Source of the DNA: a virus
Virus record (IMG/VR): IMGVR_UViG_3300028393_001967
Direction: 5' to 3' (one strand)
Length of the DNA stretch: 64,000 nucleotides
Shown: positions 44,387 through 54,678 of the stretch, in pieces
How the letters are laid out: each line of letters starts with the position of its first letter
How positions within the stretch are numbered: the first letter of the stretch is position 1
Program-made: the position numbers and the translations under genes
Notes under the pieces: generated by a model
Seen by the model: only the letters and a program-made list of their open reading frames with translations
Database searches by the model: none
Told to the model about the DNA's origin: nothing

Positions 44387-44836
44387 ATGTCTATTACAAT
44401 TAAAAATCTTGAAAGCGCATTGGCGGGTGAGAGTCAAGCACACATCAAGTATCGTTACTTTGCAAAGATTGCAAGGGAAGAAGGTTACGAAGATGTTGCA
44501 CGACATTTTGAGCATACTGCTGACCAAGAGTTGCTACACGCTTGGGGTCATTTGGAATTACTAATTGGTAAACCAAATACTCGAGAATGTTTGGAAAAAG
44601 CCATTGAAGGTGAAACATATGAGTTTACTACAATGTATCCAGACTTCAAACGTGCAGCAGAACTTGAAGGCAATACCAAAGCCGCTTTTGAAGCCAATCA
44701 CCAAATTGAAGAAAGTAAAGAACACGCTGAACAATTTGCTGCTGTATTGGCCAAAGCTGAAAAACGCTTTGCAGCATTGCAAAAAGTTGAGCAACGTCAC
44801 GCCGCCGCATATCAATCTGTATTGGAGAAACTATAA
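44387..44836 (+). CDS. Rubrerythrin
   Basis: NLESALAGESQA, ELLHA, GETYEFTTMYP and ESKEHA diiron motifs. Confidence 0.92.
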   Translation: MSITIKNLESALAGESQAHIKYRYFAKIAREEGYEDVARHFEHTADQELLHAWGHLELLIGKPNTRECLEKAIEGETYEFTTMYPDFKRAAELEGNTKAAFEANHQIEESKEHAEQFAAVLAKAEKRFAALQKVEQRHAAAYQSVLEKL

Positions 44837-44970
44837 TGGAACACGTTTGCATTGTCTGTGGTCACATTCACGATGAGGAAACTGAAGGCGTTTGGGATAC
44901 ACTTCCAGATGATTTTACCTGCCCAGAGTGTGGTGTAGGTAAAGAAGACTACGAAGATATAGTAGTATAA
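44836..44970 (+). CDS. Rubredoxin (44 aa, absent from the ORF track)
   Basis: MEHVCIVCGHIHDE...LPDDFTCPECGVGKEDY. Confidence 0.9.
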   Translation: MEHVCIVCGHIHDEETEGVWDTLPDDFTCPECGVGKEDYEDIVV

Positions 44971-45069
44971 AAATAACCAAATCACTTTACAGGAGATAAT
45001 TTCTCCTGTATAATAAATACATACAGCAAAGAGATAGACTCCGAGCGACATTATTCAAAGGATTTTTGA

Positions 45070-46089
45070 ATGTCTAAACAATATGATACCCTTGTCCTAA
45101 TCGGACGTTTTCAACCGTTTCACACAGCACATTTGATGCTGGCACATAGAGCCACTGCTAAATGTAAACAATTGATCTTTATTTGCGGCAGCGCTAATCA
45201 GCCACGCACTTACAAGAATCCCTTTACCTTTCACGAACGTAGCGTAATGATCAAGTACGCAACTAGTGGACTTGACTTGCAGGTTCAAGTTGAACCCAAT
45301 CCAGATACAATTTACAATGACCAAGCGTGGGCAGTTCGTGTTCAAGCATTGGTTGCTAAACATACCAAACCGGGTGATAACATTGGTATTATTGGGCACA
45401 AGAAAGATCCAAGTTCGTTTTACTTAGATATGTTCCCGCAATGGGGTTTTGAAGAAGTAGAACTGCTTGAACCACTTGATGCTACTGACATTCGCGAGTT
45501 GTATTTCAAACGTGATGTCAATATGAACTTTATTAAGAATGTTGTACCGCCGAGTACTTTTGATTTCTTAATGGCGTTTTCACTTACCGCAGAGTACGAA
45601 CAAGTGATCCGTGAACGTGAATTCATTATTGAACACAAAAAGCAATATGCTGGATTGAAGTATCCTCCAATCTTTAGTACTGCCGACGCTGTGGTCATTT
45701 GCAGTGGTCACGTACTAATGATCAAACGCCGTGCTGAACCAGGTCGCGGCCTTTGGGCACTGCCTGGCGGTTATGTCAATGCTAATACAGACAAAAGTGT
45801 TGAGGCCGCTATGTTGCGTGAACTACGTGAAGAAACACAGATCAAGGTTCCTGCTCCAGTACTTAAAGGTAGTATTGTTCGTAGCAGAGTATTTGATGCA
45901 ATTGACCGTAGTCCACGAGGTCGTATAATTACACACGCTTTCCACATTGTTCTACCTGATGGCGAACTTCCAAAAGTCAAAGGTAGTGATGATGCAGAAA
46001 AGGCTAGATGGGTGCCTATTGCAGAGGTCCGGTCGGATCAATGCTTTGAAGACCATTACGAAATCCTACAGCATTTTGTAGGTGCATAA
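45070..46089 (+). CDS. nadM: Bifunctional NMN adenylyltransferase / Nudix ADP-ribose hydrolase
   Basis: GRFQPFHTAH; KNPFT; Nudix box GG...AMLRELREET; GSDDA. Confidence 0.93.
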   Translation: MSKQYDTLVLIGRFQPFHTAHLMLAHRATAKCKQLIFICGSANQPRTYKNPFTFHERSVMIKYATSGLDLQVQVEPNPDTIYNDQAWAVRVQALVAKHTKPGDNIGIIGHKKDPSSFYLDMFPQWGFEEVELLEPLDATDIRELYFKRDVNMNFIKNVVPPSTFDFLMAFSLTAEYEQVIREREFIIEHKKQYAGLKYPPIFSTADAVVICSGHVLMIKRRAEPGRGLWALPGGYVNANTDKSVEAAMLRELREETQIKVPAPVLKGSIVRSRVFDAIDRSPRGRIITHAFHIVLPDGELPKVKGSDDAEKARWVPIAEVRSDQCFEDHYEILQHFVGA

Positions 46090-46130
46090 GCGATAGACGC
46101 GAATGCTTTTAACTTTAAAGGAACTTTAAA

Positions 46131-47525
46131 ATGAAATTATCTAAAAATCTTATCCTGAACACAGACAGTTATAAAGTGTCAATGTTCAAACAATACCCAC
46201 TAGGAACCACCAATGTATATTCGTACATTGAGTCACGAGGCGGCCGTTATGATAGAACTGTATTCTTCGGACTACAGGCTTTTATCAAGGAATACCTACT
46301 CAGCCCAATTACCCAGGCTGACATCGACATCGCTGACGAAATCCTCACCGCTCACGGCGAGCCCTTTAACAGGGAAGGATGGGAGTACATTCTTACCGCT
46401 CACAACGGATATTTGCCAGTTGTTATCAGAGCGGTACCCGAAGGCACTGTTGTTCCAGTCTCAAACGTACTTGCGACAATTGAAAACACCGATCCTAAAT
46501 GTTTCTGGTTGACTACTTGGTTGGAAACTGCTTTGCTTCGTGCTATTTGGTACGGTACTACTGTGTCAACGCAAAGTAAGTACATCAAAAACATTATTAC
46601 AGACTATTTGGAGAAATCTGGTGATCCTACATCTATTAGTTTTAAGCTCCATGATTTTGGTGCTCGTGGCGTTAGCAGCATGGAATCCGCTGGCATCGGC
46701 GGAGCCGCCCACCTTGTCAACTTCATGGGCACTGATACTATCACTGGCATTTTGTATGCTCGTGAGTATTACGGCGCTGAAATCGCTGGATTTAGTATCC
46801 CTGCCGCAGAGCACAGCACTGTCACAAGTTGGGGTCGTCCAGACGAAGTAAAAGCCTATAGCAATATGGTTCAACAATTTGGCAAGCCTGGTGCATTGTT
46901 GGCAGTGGTGTCGGACAGTTACGACATTTACCAAGCCTGCCGCTTGTGGGGCACTGAGTTGAAACAACAGGTAATTGACAGCGGTGCTACTGTCGTTATT
47001 CGTCCTGACAGTGGCGATCCTGTTGAAGTACTGCCAAAGATGTTTCAAATCCTAGGCGAAACATTTGGATATACCACAAACGCCAAAGGCTACAAAGTAC
47101 TGAACAATGTTCGTGTACTTTGGGGTGACGGTATCAACCAGTTGAGCATTCGCAGTATTCTTACAAAGATTGTTGACTTTGGTGGCTGGAGTGCAGACAA
47201 CATTGCTTTTGGTATGGGTGGTGCATTGCTACAGCAATTGGATCGTGATACACAAAAGTTTGCGATGAAATGTAGCGCGGCACTGATTAAAGGTGAATGG
47301 GTTGATGTGTTCAAAGACCCCGTTACTGACAAGGTCAAAGCGTCCAAGAAAGGTCGTGTAACTTTGTGGACCAGCGGTGGTGAATTCCAAACCAGTGTTG
47401 AACAACCAAAAGGTTGGACAGATCGGGGCACTGTATGGACTGAAGCATTGGGAGAAGTTTACCGTGATGGTCGACTGATCAAAGAAATTACCTTTGACGA
47501 AGTTCGAGCAAATAGTATGAAGTAA
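46131..47525 (+). CDS. nadV: Nicotinamide phosphoribosyltransferase
   Basis: TDSYK, LHDFGARG, PAAEHS, VSDSYD, IRPDSGDP and FGMGG. Confidence 0.95.
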   Translation: MKLSKNLILNTDSYKVSMFKQYPLGTTNVYSYIESRGGRYDRTVFFGLQAFIKEYLLSPITQADIDIADEILTAHGEPFNREGWEYILTAHNGYLPVVIRAVPEGTVVPVSNVLATIENTDPKCFWLTTWLETALLRAIWYGTTVSTQSKYIKNIITDYLEKSGDPTSISFKLHDFGARGVSSMESAGIGGAAHLVNFMGTDTITGILYAREYYGAEIAGFSIPAAEHSTVTSWGRPDEVKAYSNMVQQFGKPGALLAVVSDSYDIYQACRLWGTELKQQVIDSGATVVIRPDSGDPVEVLPKMFQILGETFGYTTNAKGYKVLNNVRVLWGDGINQLSIRSILTKIVDFGGWSADNIAFGMGGALLQQLDRDTQKFAMKCSAALIKGEWVDVFKDPVTDKVKASKKGRVTLWTSGGEFQTSVEQPKGWTDRGTVWTEALGEVYRDGRLIKEITFDEVRANSMK

Positions 47526-47531
47526 ACTATA

Positions 47532-47558
47532 CAAGGGACTAGACAGTCCCTTGTTTTT
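47532..47558 (+). terminator. Intrinsic terminator
   Basis: CAAGGGACT-AGAC-AGTCCCTTG-TTTTT. Confidence 0.8.
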
Positions 47559-47602
47559 AACGTATAATTTTATATATCAACAACACACATAGAAAGTCAC
47601 AG

Positions 47603-48682
47603 ATGCCATATTTTCTAAAAAGCGGTAATACATTCCGAGTATCTTCGAAAGAAGCGTTGGATCTTCATGATCAACTACCTGCTGGTAACTATACCATCAA
47701 AGCAGATATGCAGGGAAATTTGTTCCTTGAAACTATTGATTCTTTTGAAATCAAAGGCAAGCGTTACGGCGACTTGAATAGTAACTGTGACCGCATCATC
47801 AATACTTTTATGAGCCGTAGTGCAAGTACTGGCGTGATGCTTACTGGCGAGAAAGGTTCTGGTAAGAGCCTACTGGCCAAGGCATTGAGTATTCAAACTG
47901 CTACACAAGGTATTCCAACCATTGTTATCAATCAGCCTTGGACTGGTGACAAGTTCAATCAACTTATTCAAAACATCGAACAACCTTGTATGGTATTGTT
48001 TGATGAGTTTGAAAAAGTCTATGACACCAATGATCAAGAAGCAATGCTGACCCTGCTGGATGGCGTATTCCCCAGCAAGAAATTGTTTGTTATTACCTGT
48101 AACGACAAATGGCGTGTTGATAGCCATATGCGTAATCGTCCAGGTCGCATCTTCTATATGTTGGACTACAAAGGTCTGACACAGGACTTTATCATTGAAT
48201 ACTGCGAAGATAACTTGAATGACAAGAGCCACATTCAGCGCATCTGTTCTATCACAAGTCTGTTCAGTCAATTCAACTTTGATATGTTGAAGGCCTTGGT
48301 TGAAGAAATGAATCGCTACAATGAGCCTCCAGAAGCGGCCCTGCGTATGCTTAACGTCAAGCCAGAGTTTGACAGTGGTAACAAGTACGATGTTTCGCTG
48401 ACTGTCAAAGGTGTGCTGGTAGAGAACGACAACATTGATAACAAACAATGGAAAGGCAATCCACTACAGGCCGATGTTGATATCACTTTCAAAGTGATCA
48501 CTCCAGCAGTGAGCCCAGATGAGGATGATTACTACGAGTGGGAACAGGCTGAGTTCAAGCCCAGTGATCTGCAAAAGATTGATCCACAAAAAGGTACATT
48601 CATCTTTATGAACAAAGATGGTGAAGCGTTGACATTGGTTAAGGTGCAAGAAAAACATCACTACTATATGGATGCTTTTTAA
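47603..48682 (+). CDS. AAA+ ATPase
   Basis: GEKGSGKS, VLFDEFEK and NRPGRI. Confidence 0.88.
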   Translation: MPYFLKSGNTFRVSSKEALDLHDQLPAGNYTIKADMQGNLFLETIDSFEIKGKRYGDLNSNCDRIINTFMSRSASTGVMLTGEKGSGKSLLAKALSIQTATQGIPTIVINQPWTGDKFNQLIQNIEQPCMVLFDEFEKVYDTNDQEAMLTLLDGVFPSKKLFVITCNDKWRVDSHMRNRPGRIFYMLDYKGLTQDFIIEYCEDNLNDKSHIQRICSITSLFSQFNFDMLKALVEEMNRYNEPPEAALRMLNVKPEFDSGNKYDVSLTVKGVLVENDNIDNKQWKGNPLQADVDITFKVITPAVSPDEDDYYEWEQAEFKPSDLQKIDPQKGTFIFMNKDGEALTLVKVQEKHHYYMDAF

Positions 48683-48845
48683 TAGAACAGCGAGCAACCC
48701 ACAAATCTCAGTATGAGTCGCAAGGTACCGCGGTAAATCCTTGGGCAAGTAATAGTACAACTCTTAGTGGTGACACTCCGGAACAGACGGAGCGTAGATT
48801 AAAATATCTCTTGACTGGAGAGGCAATTTTTGTTATAATACACTT

Positions 48846-49127
48846 ATGAAAATTGTTAAACTTAATCGCAGATACACAGCATACAAGAGTGGTTTTACCC
48901 ACGCCTTACGTTTCACTACCTGGGGCAAAAGTGCTGGTGAAATTGAACAGTTTTTAACAAAACGTTACGGGCATCAATATTCATGGCAACGAGAGCGAGG
49001 CCAGTGGAGTTCAAATTTTGGATCTCCACCACGTGGTGAAACTGTACGACCATATTGGATCAACCTCAAGAATGAAGCGGATATTTCAATGATTCTTTTG
49101 AGCGGAAATTATAAGGTCAACCGTTGA
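48846..49127 (+). CDS. Hypothetical early protein
   Basis: TTGACT-17-TATAAT immediately upstream. Confidence 0.6.
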   Translation: MKIVKLNRRYTAYKSGFTHALRFTTWGKSAGEIEQFLTKRYGHQYSWQRERGQWSSNFGSPPRGETVRPYWINLKNEADISMILLSGNYKVNR

Positions 49128-49184
49128 CAACAGTTTTATTTCTTGTTATAATACACACATACTAAACAACTTAGGAGTTTTTAA

Positions 49185-50057
49185 ATGGCAAAAGCAAACA
49201 CTAAACCGTCAGCAGTTTCTAACATTCTCGAGTTTGATACAGAAGCTATCAAAGCTCGTGAAGCAGAAGTTGCACAGGAAACAGATGAACAAATTATGGA
49301 TCGTCTGCGTGAACGGTTTGAGATCTTGGACAGTATGACACGTGCCGTGAAAGAAGGCAATGTTCGTGCTATGATTGTTAGTGGCCCTCCAGGCGTTGGT
49401 AAGTCGTTTGGTGTTGAAACTGTGCTGGAAAAAGCAGACTTGTTTAATAAGTTGGCTGAAAAGAAACCCAAGTACGAAGTTGTTAAAGGTGCAATGAGTG
49501 CAATTGGTCTGTATGCTAAACTGTACGAATTCAGCGCACACGGTAACGTGGTCGTGTTTGATGACTGTGACAGCATTTTGCAAGAAGACCTTAGTTTGAA
49601 TATTTTGAAAGGTGCATTGGACTCTAGTTCACGTCGCTTTATTAGTTGGAATACTGACAGCCGTATTTTGCGTAGCGAAGGTATTCCAGATCGCTTTGAG
49701 TTTAAAGGTGCGGCAATTTTCATTACCAACATTAAGTTTGAACACGTTCGCTCCAAGAAACTACGTGACCACTTGGACGCACTTGAGTCACGTTGCCACT
49801 ACATTGATTTGCAGATGGATACTACCCGTGAAAAGATCCTGCGTATCAAACAAATTATCTCCGATGGTATGTTGGAAAAATATGATTTTGATAACATCGA
49901 CATTGTGCGTGATGAACTGGTTGATTTCATTGTAACTAACCAAACTAAATTGCGTGAACTTAGTTTGCGTATGGTTCTTAAGTTGGCAGATTTGCGTAAG
50001 AGCTTTCCCAGCAATTGGCAGGCAATGGCCCGTACAACTTGTATGAAACGAGGCTAA
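49185..50057 (+). CDS. P-loop ATPase (AAA-like)
   Basis: GPPGVGKS, VVFDDCD, FITN and ALESR; sigma70 promoter and AGGAG RBS. Confidence 0.82.
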   Translation: MAKANTKPSAVSNILEFDTEAIKAREAEVAQETDEQIMDRLRERFEILDSMTRAVKEGNVRAMIVSGPPGVGKSFGVETVLEKADLFNKLAEKKPKYEVVKGAMSAIGLYAKLYEFSAHGNVVVFDDCDSILQEDLSLNILKGALDSSSRRFISWNTDSRILRSEGIPDRFEFKGAAIFITNIKFEHVRSKKLRDHLDALESRCHYIDLQMDTTREKILRIKQIISDGMLEKYDFDNIDIVRDELVDFIVTNQTKLRELSLRMVLKLADLRKSFPSNWQAMARTTCMKRG

Positions 50058-50058
50058 T

Positions 50059-50367
50059 ATGTGGGACTTACTAACTGGTCGAACAATGCAAAGACTGGTG
50101 GTACTTTCCACTATCTTTTGGATATTGACTACCTTAGATTTGCATTGGGACGATACTCGCTGGTGGGCAGTATTTGTACTACTGTTAGTATTTGAATACA
50201 TTTCAGGTGTGGAAGGCGAAATGCGTGGTACTAACAATATGCTCAGTATGTCACGTGATAAATTGATAAGTCTTAAAGACTTTATGGATTCCGTGGGTGC
50301 AGGCAATGTTCATTCTATCGATGAACTTAATAAAATTTTAAAGAAAGATGATACCGAAAATGAATGA
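50059..50367 (+). CDS. Hypothetical membrane protein
   Basis: Two hydrophobic segments. Confidence 0.6.
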   Translation: MWDLLTGRTMQRLVVLSTIFWILTTLDLHWDDTRWWAVFVLLLVFEYISGVEGEMRGTNNMLSMSRDKLISLKDFMDSVGAGNVHSIDELNKILKKDDTENE

Positions 50368-50608
50368 TACTGAAATTACCCAATGCACTTGGCTTGGCAA
50401 TAGTACTAAAATGGCCTCGGCCTGTTGCAAGCCAACAGTTGAAGGTCGTAGTTATTGTGAAGAACACGTTTGGCTTGTTTATCAACAAGGTACTGCTGTT
50501 CGTAAACGCAAGAAGGATATCGAACGTGCAGAAGCATATTGGGATATTGAAAGTGAATTCAATGATGCCGTAAATGAATTAGTTGCATCTGGTGAGATTG
50601 AACTATGA
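50360..50608 (+). CDS. GcrA-like Cys/His domain protein
   Basis: CTWLG...CCKPTVEGRSYCEEH..VYQ resembles the GcrA C-terminal CxWPxG...CG...YCxxH motif. Confidence 0.5.
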   Translation: MNDTEITQCTWLGNSTKMASACCKPTVEGRSYCEEHVWLVYQQGTAVRKRKKDIERAEAYWDIESEFNDAVNELVASGEIEL

Positions 50609-50844
50609 ACGAACGAATTCGACAACTTGCTCTACAGGCTGGATTCAACCCGCCTAATAATTTAGTTGAAGGTCAAAATGGTCCGGGTGTTGTAACAGAA
50701 AAAGATAAGTTGGCAAAGTTCGCCGAGTTGATTGTCAGGGAATGTGCCCGTGTATGTTTATCTCAGCGTGATCCTGCCAATCTTAACTACAAACCCAGTG
50801 AACGATTCGCAGAAGCAGTGAAACAACATTTTGGAGTACAGTAA
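50605..50844 (+). CDS. Hypothetical protein (MNERI...KFAELIVREC...HFG family)
   Basis: Paralogous to 58606-58920. Confidence 0.65.
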   Translation: MNERIRQLALQAGFNPPNNLVEGQNGPGVVTEKDKLAKFAELIVRECARVCLSQRDPANLNYKPSERFAEAVKQHFGVQ

Positions 50845-51026
50845 TGAAACTATCGGTTGTGGTTGAGCAAGATGGAAAAAGTAAAACAATCTGCACTTGG
50901 GAACACGAACATTGTGTTCTAACAGGCGAGGTTAAAGATGTTACTGAAGAAGTATTAACAGAGATTAACCGTAGAATTAAAGAACATTTTGGAGTTGAAG
51001 AATGAAACAAATTAAGGATTTAGAAA

Positions 51027-51491
51027 ATGCCTAAGTGTTATCAATTGATTGGTGTGCCAGGTGCAGGTAAAAGCACTTGGGTTGCTAATCAAGAATGGGC
51101 TAAAGATTGTGCATACATTTCTACTGACCATCACGTGGAACGACAAGCTGAACTTGAAGGTAAGACCTATAACGAAGTGTTCAAAGACTTTATGCCCATT
51201 GCTGTAAAGTTGATGGCAGACGATGTTGTCAAGGCCCGTGAAGCAGGCAAGGATATCATCTGGGACCAAACTAGCACTAGCATTGCTAGTCGTACTCGCA
51301 AGTTTAATATGTTGCCTGACTATGAACATATTGCAGTGGTGTTTAAAACACCTGATGAAGAAGAATTGAATCGTCGTTTGGCAAGCCGCCCGGGTAAGAA
51401 TATCCCCAAGCACGTTATGCAATCAATGATTGCAGGTTGGGACGAACCTGAATTAGATGAAGGCTTCAAAGAAATTTGGTATGCATCATGA
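51027..51491 (+). CDS. Polynucleotide-kinase-like P-loop protein (AAA_33)
   Basis: GVPGAGKST, ISTD, IIWDQT and RxxxR lid. Confidence 0.8.
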   Translation: MPKCYQLIGVPGAGKSTWVANQEWAKDCAYISTDHHVERQAELEGKTYNEVFKDFMPIAVKLMADDVVKAREAGKDIIWDQTSTSIASRTRKFNMLPDYEHIAVVFKTPDEEELNRRLASRPGKNIPKHVMQSMIAGWDEPELDEGFKEIWYAS

Positions 51492-51633
51492 TTCGGTATA
51501 TTACCAATTATGATGAATCAGTAAATCTTCCCTACGAACCAGGCTTGTTGGAATGGTTGGTGGTACAATATCCATATTCAAAATATCATATTGTAGAAGT
51601 AAAGTTTGAAACTGACTCAAGGGAAACTGCTGT

Positions 51634-51903
51634 ATGAGCACTGCTAAAACTGTAAAAGCACCAATTGAACATAAGGACAAATTGGGCCGTATTATCAAGG
51701 TTGGTGATGCTGTTTGCTATCCTTACCACAATAATTTGGAGTTTGGTACCATTAAAAAACTTAATAACAAAATGGTTAAAGTTTGGGAAGTTGGTGCTCA
51801 CAGTAAATGGTATACTGGTGCCAACAAATATCCACAAGATGTGGTCATTGTAGAAGGTCCTGAAGTAACTCTTTACTTGCTTAAAATGAATATGAAGTCT
51901 TGA
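51634..51903 (+). CDS. Hypothetical protein (SH3/KOW-like)
   Basis: DKLGRIIKVGDAV; similar to 56915-57151. Confidence 0.6.
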   Translation: MSTAKTVKAPIEHKDKLGRIIKVGDAVCYPYHNNLEFGTIKKLNNKMVKVWEVGAHSKWYTGANKYPQDVVIVEGPEVTLYLLKMNMKS

Positions 51904-51956
51904 CATTTGTTCAAGATTACTGTATAATTAGTTTATCTTAACTTAATGAGGTTTTT

Positions 51957-52658
51957 ATGAAAAAGTTTCTTGCAGTATTGGCAATTAGTTTGGCTTTTGC
52001 CTGTGCAGTCGATGCCAAGCCAGGTGGAGGAGGTGGAGGAGGTGGCCACGCTAGTTCAGGCGGTGGACATAGTTCAGTTAGTTCAGGCGGATCTAAAGGT
52101 AGTTTCAGTGCTCCTTCAGCCGCGCCCCGGCCAGTTGCGCCACCTACTGCCAATAAAGGCAGTTTTAGTGCGCCCCCTGCCGCTGCTCCAAGGCAGACTA
52201 CTACAACTACATCAACTACCACAATGACACGTAGGACTACTGGCGGTGGTTATGCAGGTGCACCTATGATGTACGGCGGTATGGGTATGGGGTTTGGCTA
52301 CAGTAACGGACTATTGACTGGTTTGATTATTGGTAATATGATGCATCCTCATAACACTGTTGTTTATTCAGGTGGTGGTTATAATGGTAATGCATTGCTT
52401 TACCCAGATGGTCGAGTAGTTAACCAGCAAGGTTATCAAGTTGGCACATACCAAAATGGACAATTTGTTCCTATGCAAAATGGTGCTATGGTAGCACAGG
52501 CTGCTCCTGCAGATGCTTTGCAGTATCAAAGTTCACAACCCGCTCAACAAGTTGTCTATGTTGAAAAACCTGGTCCTAGTGTTGGCGAAATCGTGCTTAT
52601 GATTTTCCTTGGTATTGGTTGTGTTTTGCTGTTTATTTTTATTATTGGAGTTCTATAA
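51957..52658 (+). CDS. Gly-rich exported/membrane protein
   Basis: Signal peptide, poly-G/S/T tracts, C-terminal TM segment; sigma70 promoter at 51900. Confidence 0.7.
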   Translation: MKKFLAVLAISLAFACAVDAKPGGGGGGGGHASSGGGHSSVSSGGSKGSFSAPSAAPRPVAPPTANKGSFSAPPAAAPRQTTTTTSTTTMTRRTTGGGYAGAPMMYGGMGMGFGYSNGLLTGLIIGNMMHPHNTVVYSGGGYNGNALLYPDGRVVNQQGYQVGTYQNGQFVPMQNGAMVAQAAPADALQYQSSQPAQQVVYVEKPGPSVGEIVLMIFLGIGCVLLFIFIIGVL

Positions 52659-52973
52659 ATGAGTTTTCTTATTGTTTTGTTTTTCTTATTGTTTTTTGTG
52701 GCTATTATTGTGGCCGTTATTCGAAGGAGTGAGCCTGTGATGTATAATGATTTTGACGATGAAGAAGTAACGCATACTACCGTTACAACTACTACCACAA
52801 CTACTGAGCAACCTGCTCCGTTGGTTGCCACAGTTGGTGTTATTAATTCTTATCAAAAGTCGGGTAGTGCACAATGGTATGTAATTGATCCAGTGGACAA
52901 AGAAGAAACCGCCGTGGATGCTAACGACGACTATTACCGTGATGCTGGTGGAAAGATTTGGGATTTGCAGTAA
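52659..52973 (+). CDS. Membrane-anchored hypothetical protein
   Basis: N-terminal TM segment and Thr tract. Confidence 0.6.
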   Translation: MSFLIVLFFLLFFVAIIVAVIRRSEPVMYNDFDDEEVTHTTVTTTTTTTEQPAPLVATVGVINSYQKSGSAQWYVIDPVDKEETAVDANDDYYRDAGGKIWDLQ

Positions 52974-53533
52974 TGCCGTGGATACAAAATGTTGCACTGA
53001 GCGACATTAAACGAGGGTTACATATTAACCCAGGTGAGAACTCTATGTTGATCCAGATATGCGATCCAGATATGGAATATCCCGCCCCCTTGTATACCTT
53101 TAAGGAAGTCCATCAATTTAAATTTTTGGACATTGAAGAAAATGACAAATGCTTGGATGAGTCAATGCGATGCAGTCACAAACAGGCTGCTGAGTTGGCT
53201 CAACTGTTGCAACACGCATTGGCTAACCATATGAACGTTATCGTTCATTGCCACGCAGGTGTTTGTCGTAGTGGTGCAGTTTGTGAAGTTGGTGTTATGA
53301 TGGGCTTTGATGACACTGAAGTTTTCCGTAGCCCTAACCTGTGTGTCAAACATCGTATGATGAAGCACTTGGGTTGGACCTATGATGAGAATGAGCCCCA
53401 CACTATCAACGGTGTAACAACTGAGTTTGGGATCATTCTCCCTAAGGAAATCGACTGGGCCAATGATAATGAAAAAGTTTTCACATTGGCCAAAGAAAGA
53501 AAAGCTCGTAGAGAACGAGAAGGCGATATCTAA
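52973..53533 (+). CDS. Tyrosine/dual-specificity phosphatase-like protein
   Basis: VHCHAGVCRS (CX5R). Confidence 0.82.
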   Translation: MPWIQNVALSDIKRGLHINPGENSMLIQICDPDMEYPAPLYTFKEVHQFKFLDIEENDKCLDESMRCSHKQAAELAQLLQHALANHMNVIVHCHAGVCRSGAVCEVGVMMGFDDTEVFRSPNLCVKHRMMKHLGWTYDENEPHTINGVTTEFGIILPKEIDWANDNEKVFTLAKERKARREREGDI

Positions 53534-54417
53534 TGAGTATCTCATTGATGAGTGTTAGCAATATCAATCACGAGCTTACAGAGTTTTCTATCAATAAAAG
53601 CTGTGAGGCAAAGAAGTTTGATGAAGTGTTGGTATTTTCAGATCGGGTCCTGCCCAATTTGAAGTATCAACACACCTATCACGATATTGCAACTTCCATC
53701 GCACCGTATGATACGACTACGATGAAGCCAGTACCGCTAACATTGGATATATACTGTGACTTCTTGTTTAAGCATATGGGCCCATATATCAACACTGAAC
53801 ACGTGATCAGTATTCAGTATGATGGGTTTTGCGTCAATCAAGATGAATGGACTGACGAGTTCTTGGATTATGACTACATTGGATCTCCTACTCATAAAAA
53901 GTGGTATCCATTGGCCAATAGTTTGATACAACACGAAGTCTATGATAGTTCGCCCAATGGATGGTACAATGGTGGTGGTGGCTGTAGTCTGCGTAGTAAG
54001 AAACTTATTACTGCACTACAGGATCCTGAGATCAGTGTATTCATTTCAGATAAGAATTATCAACGTTGTGAAGATTGGAGTATCTCTGTTCGATACAGGG
54101 AGTATTTGGAAAAAGCACACGGTATTAAATTTGCCCCGCTTGATCTGTCATTGAAGTTTAGTACTGAATTACTTACAGGATTGAACTTTAGTTTTGGATT
54201 TCACGGTTGGGAAAACATACCCTTGTTTTTTACAGAAGAAGAATGTATTTGGTATATTGAGAATTTACAAAAAGAAAATCTCAAACGTGGTCATTATATG
54301 ACACGCAGATTTGCGGCAATGTGTTGGATCCAAAACTATCACCAAGCGTTGGCACATTTAGATCACGTATTAAATGAAATAGATCAAAATATTAGGAATA
54401 ATAATTATTCAAGATGA
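53533..54417 (+). CDS. DUF5672-like protein
   Basis: IQYDG, YDYIG, NGGGGCSLRS and FGFHG; paralogue of 24575. Confidence 0.78.
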   Translation: MSISLMSVSNINHELTEFSINKSCEAKKFDEVLVFSDRVLPNLKYQHTYHDIATSIAPYDTTTMKPVPLTLDIYCDFLFKHMGPYINTEHVISIQYDGFCVNQDEWTDEFLDYDYIGSPTHKKWYPLANSLIQHEVYDSSPNGWYNGGGGCSLRSKKLITALQDPEISVFISDKNYQRCEDWSISVRYREYLEKAHGIKFAPLDLSLKFSTELLTGLNFSFGFHGWENIPLFFTEEECIWYIENLQKENLKRGHYMTRRFAAMCWIQNYHQALAHLDHVLNEIDQNIRNNNYSR

Positions 54418-54426
54418 AAGTAATAA

Positions 54427-54678
54427 ATGTTTGAAGTGATTGGTAAAGAAGAAACATTCAAAGTTTTAACACTGACTGAGGCGATGAATCTTGCCAAGCA
54501 CATGAATGAGTTTGTGACTATCAAAGGTCAAGACTTTGAAATTGTAGGTATGTTTGGTGTAGACAGTATTCGTGATGGTGTTTGTCCAGATGGTGTTAAA
54601 TACGATTGGAACAAAACCAGCCGAATAGGCGCATCAAAAAGAAATGAAAGGGTAATTGAAAATGAAGAAGATTATTGA
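54427..54678 (+). CDS. Hypothetical protein
   Basis: 83-aa ORF in operon context. Confidence 0.6.
   Translation: MFEVIGKEETFKVLTLTEAMNLAKHMNEFVTIKGQDFEIVGMFGVDSIRDGVCPDGVKYDWNKTSRIGASKRNERVIENEEDY

Noticed and set aside
48683-48800. Possible riboswitch or ribozyme after the AAA ATPase
   Set aside because: Only short hairpins (e.g. CTCCG/CGGAG) and no recognisable consensus; insufficient support.
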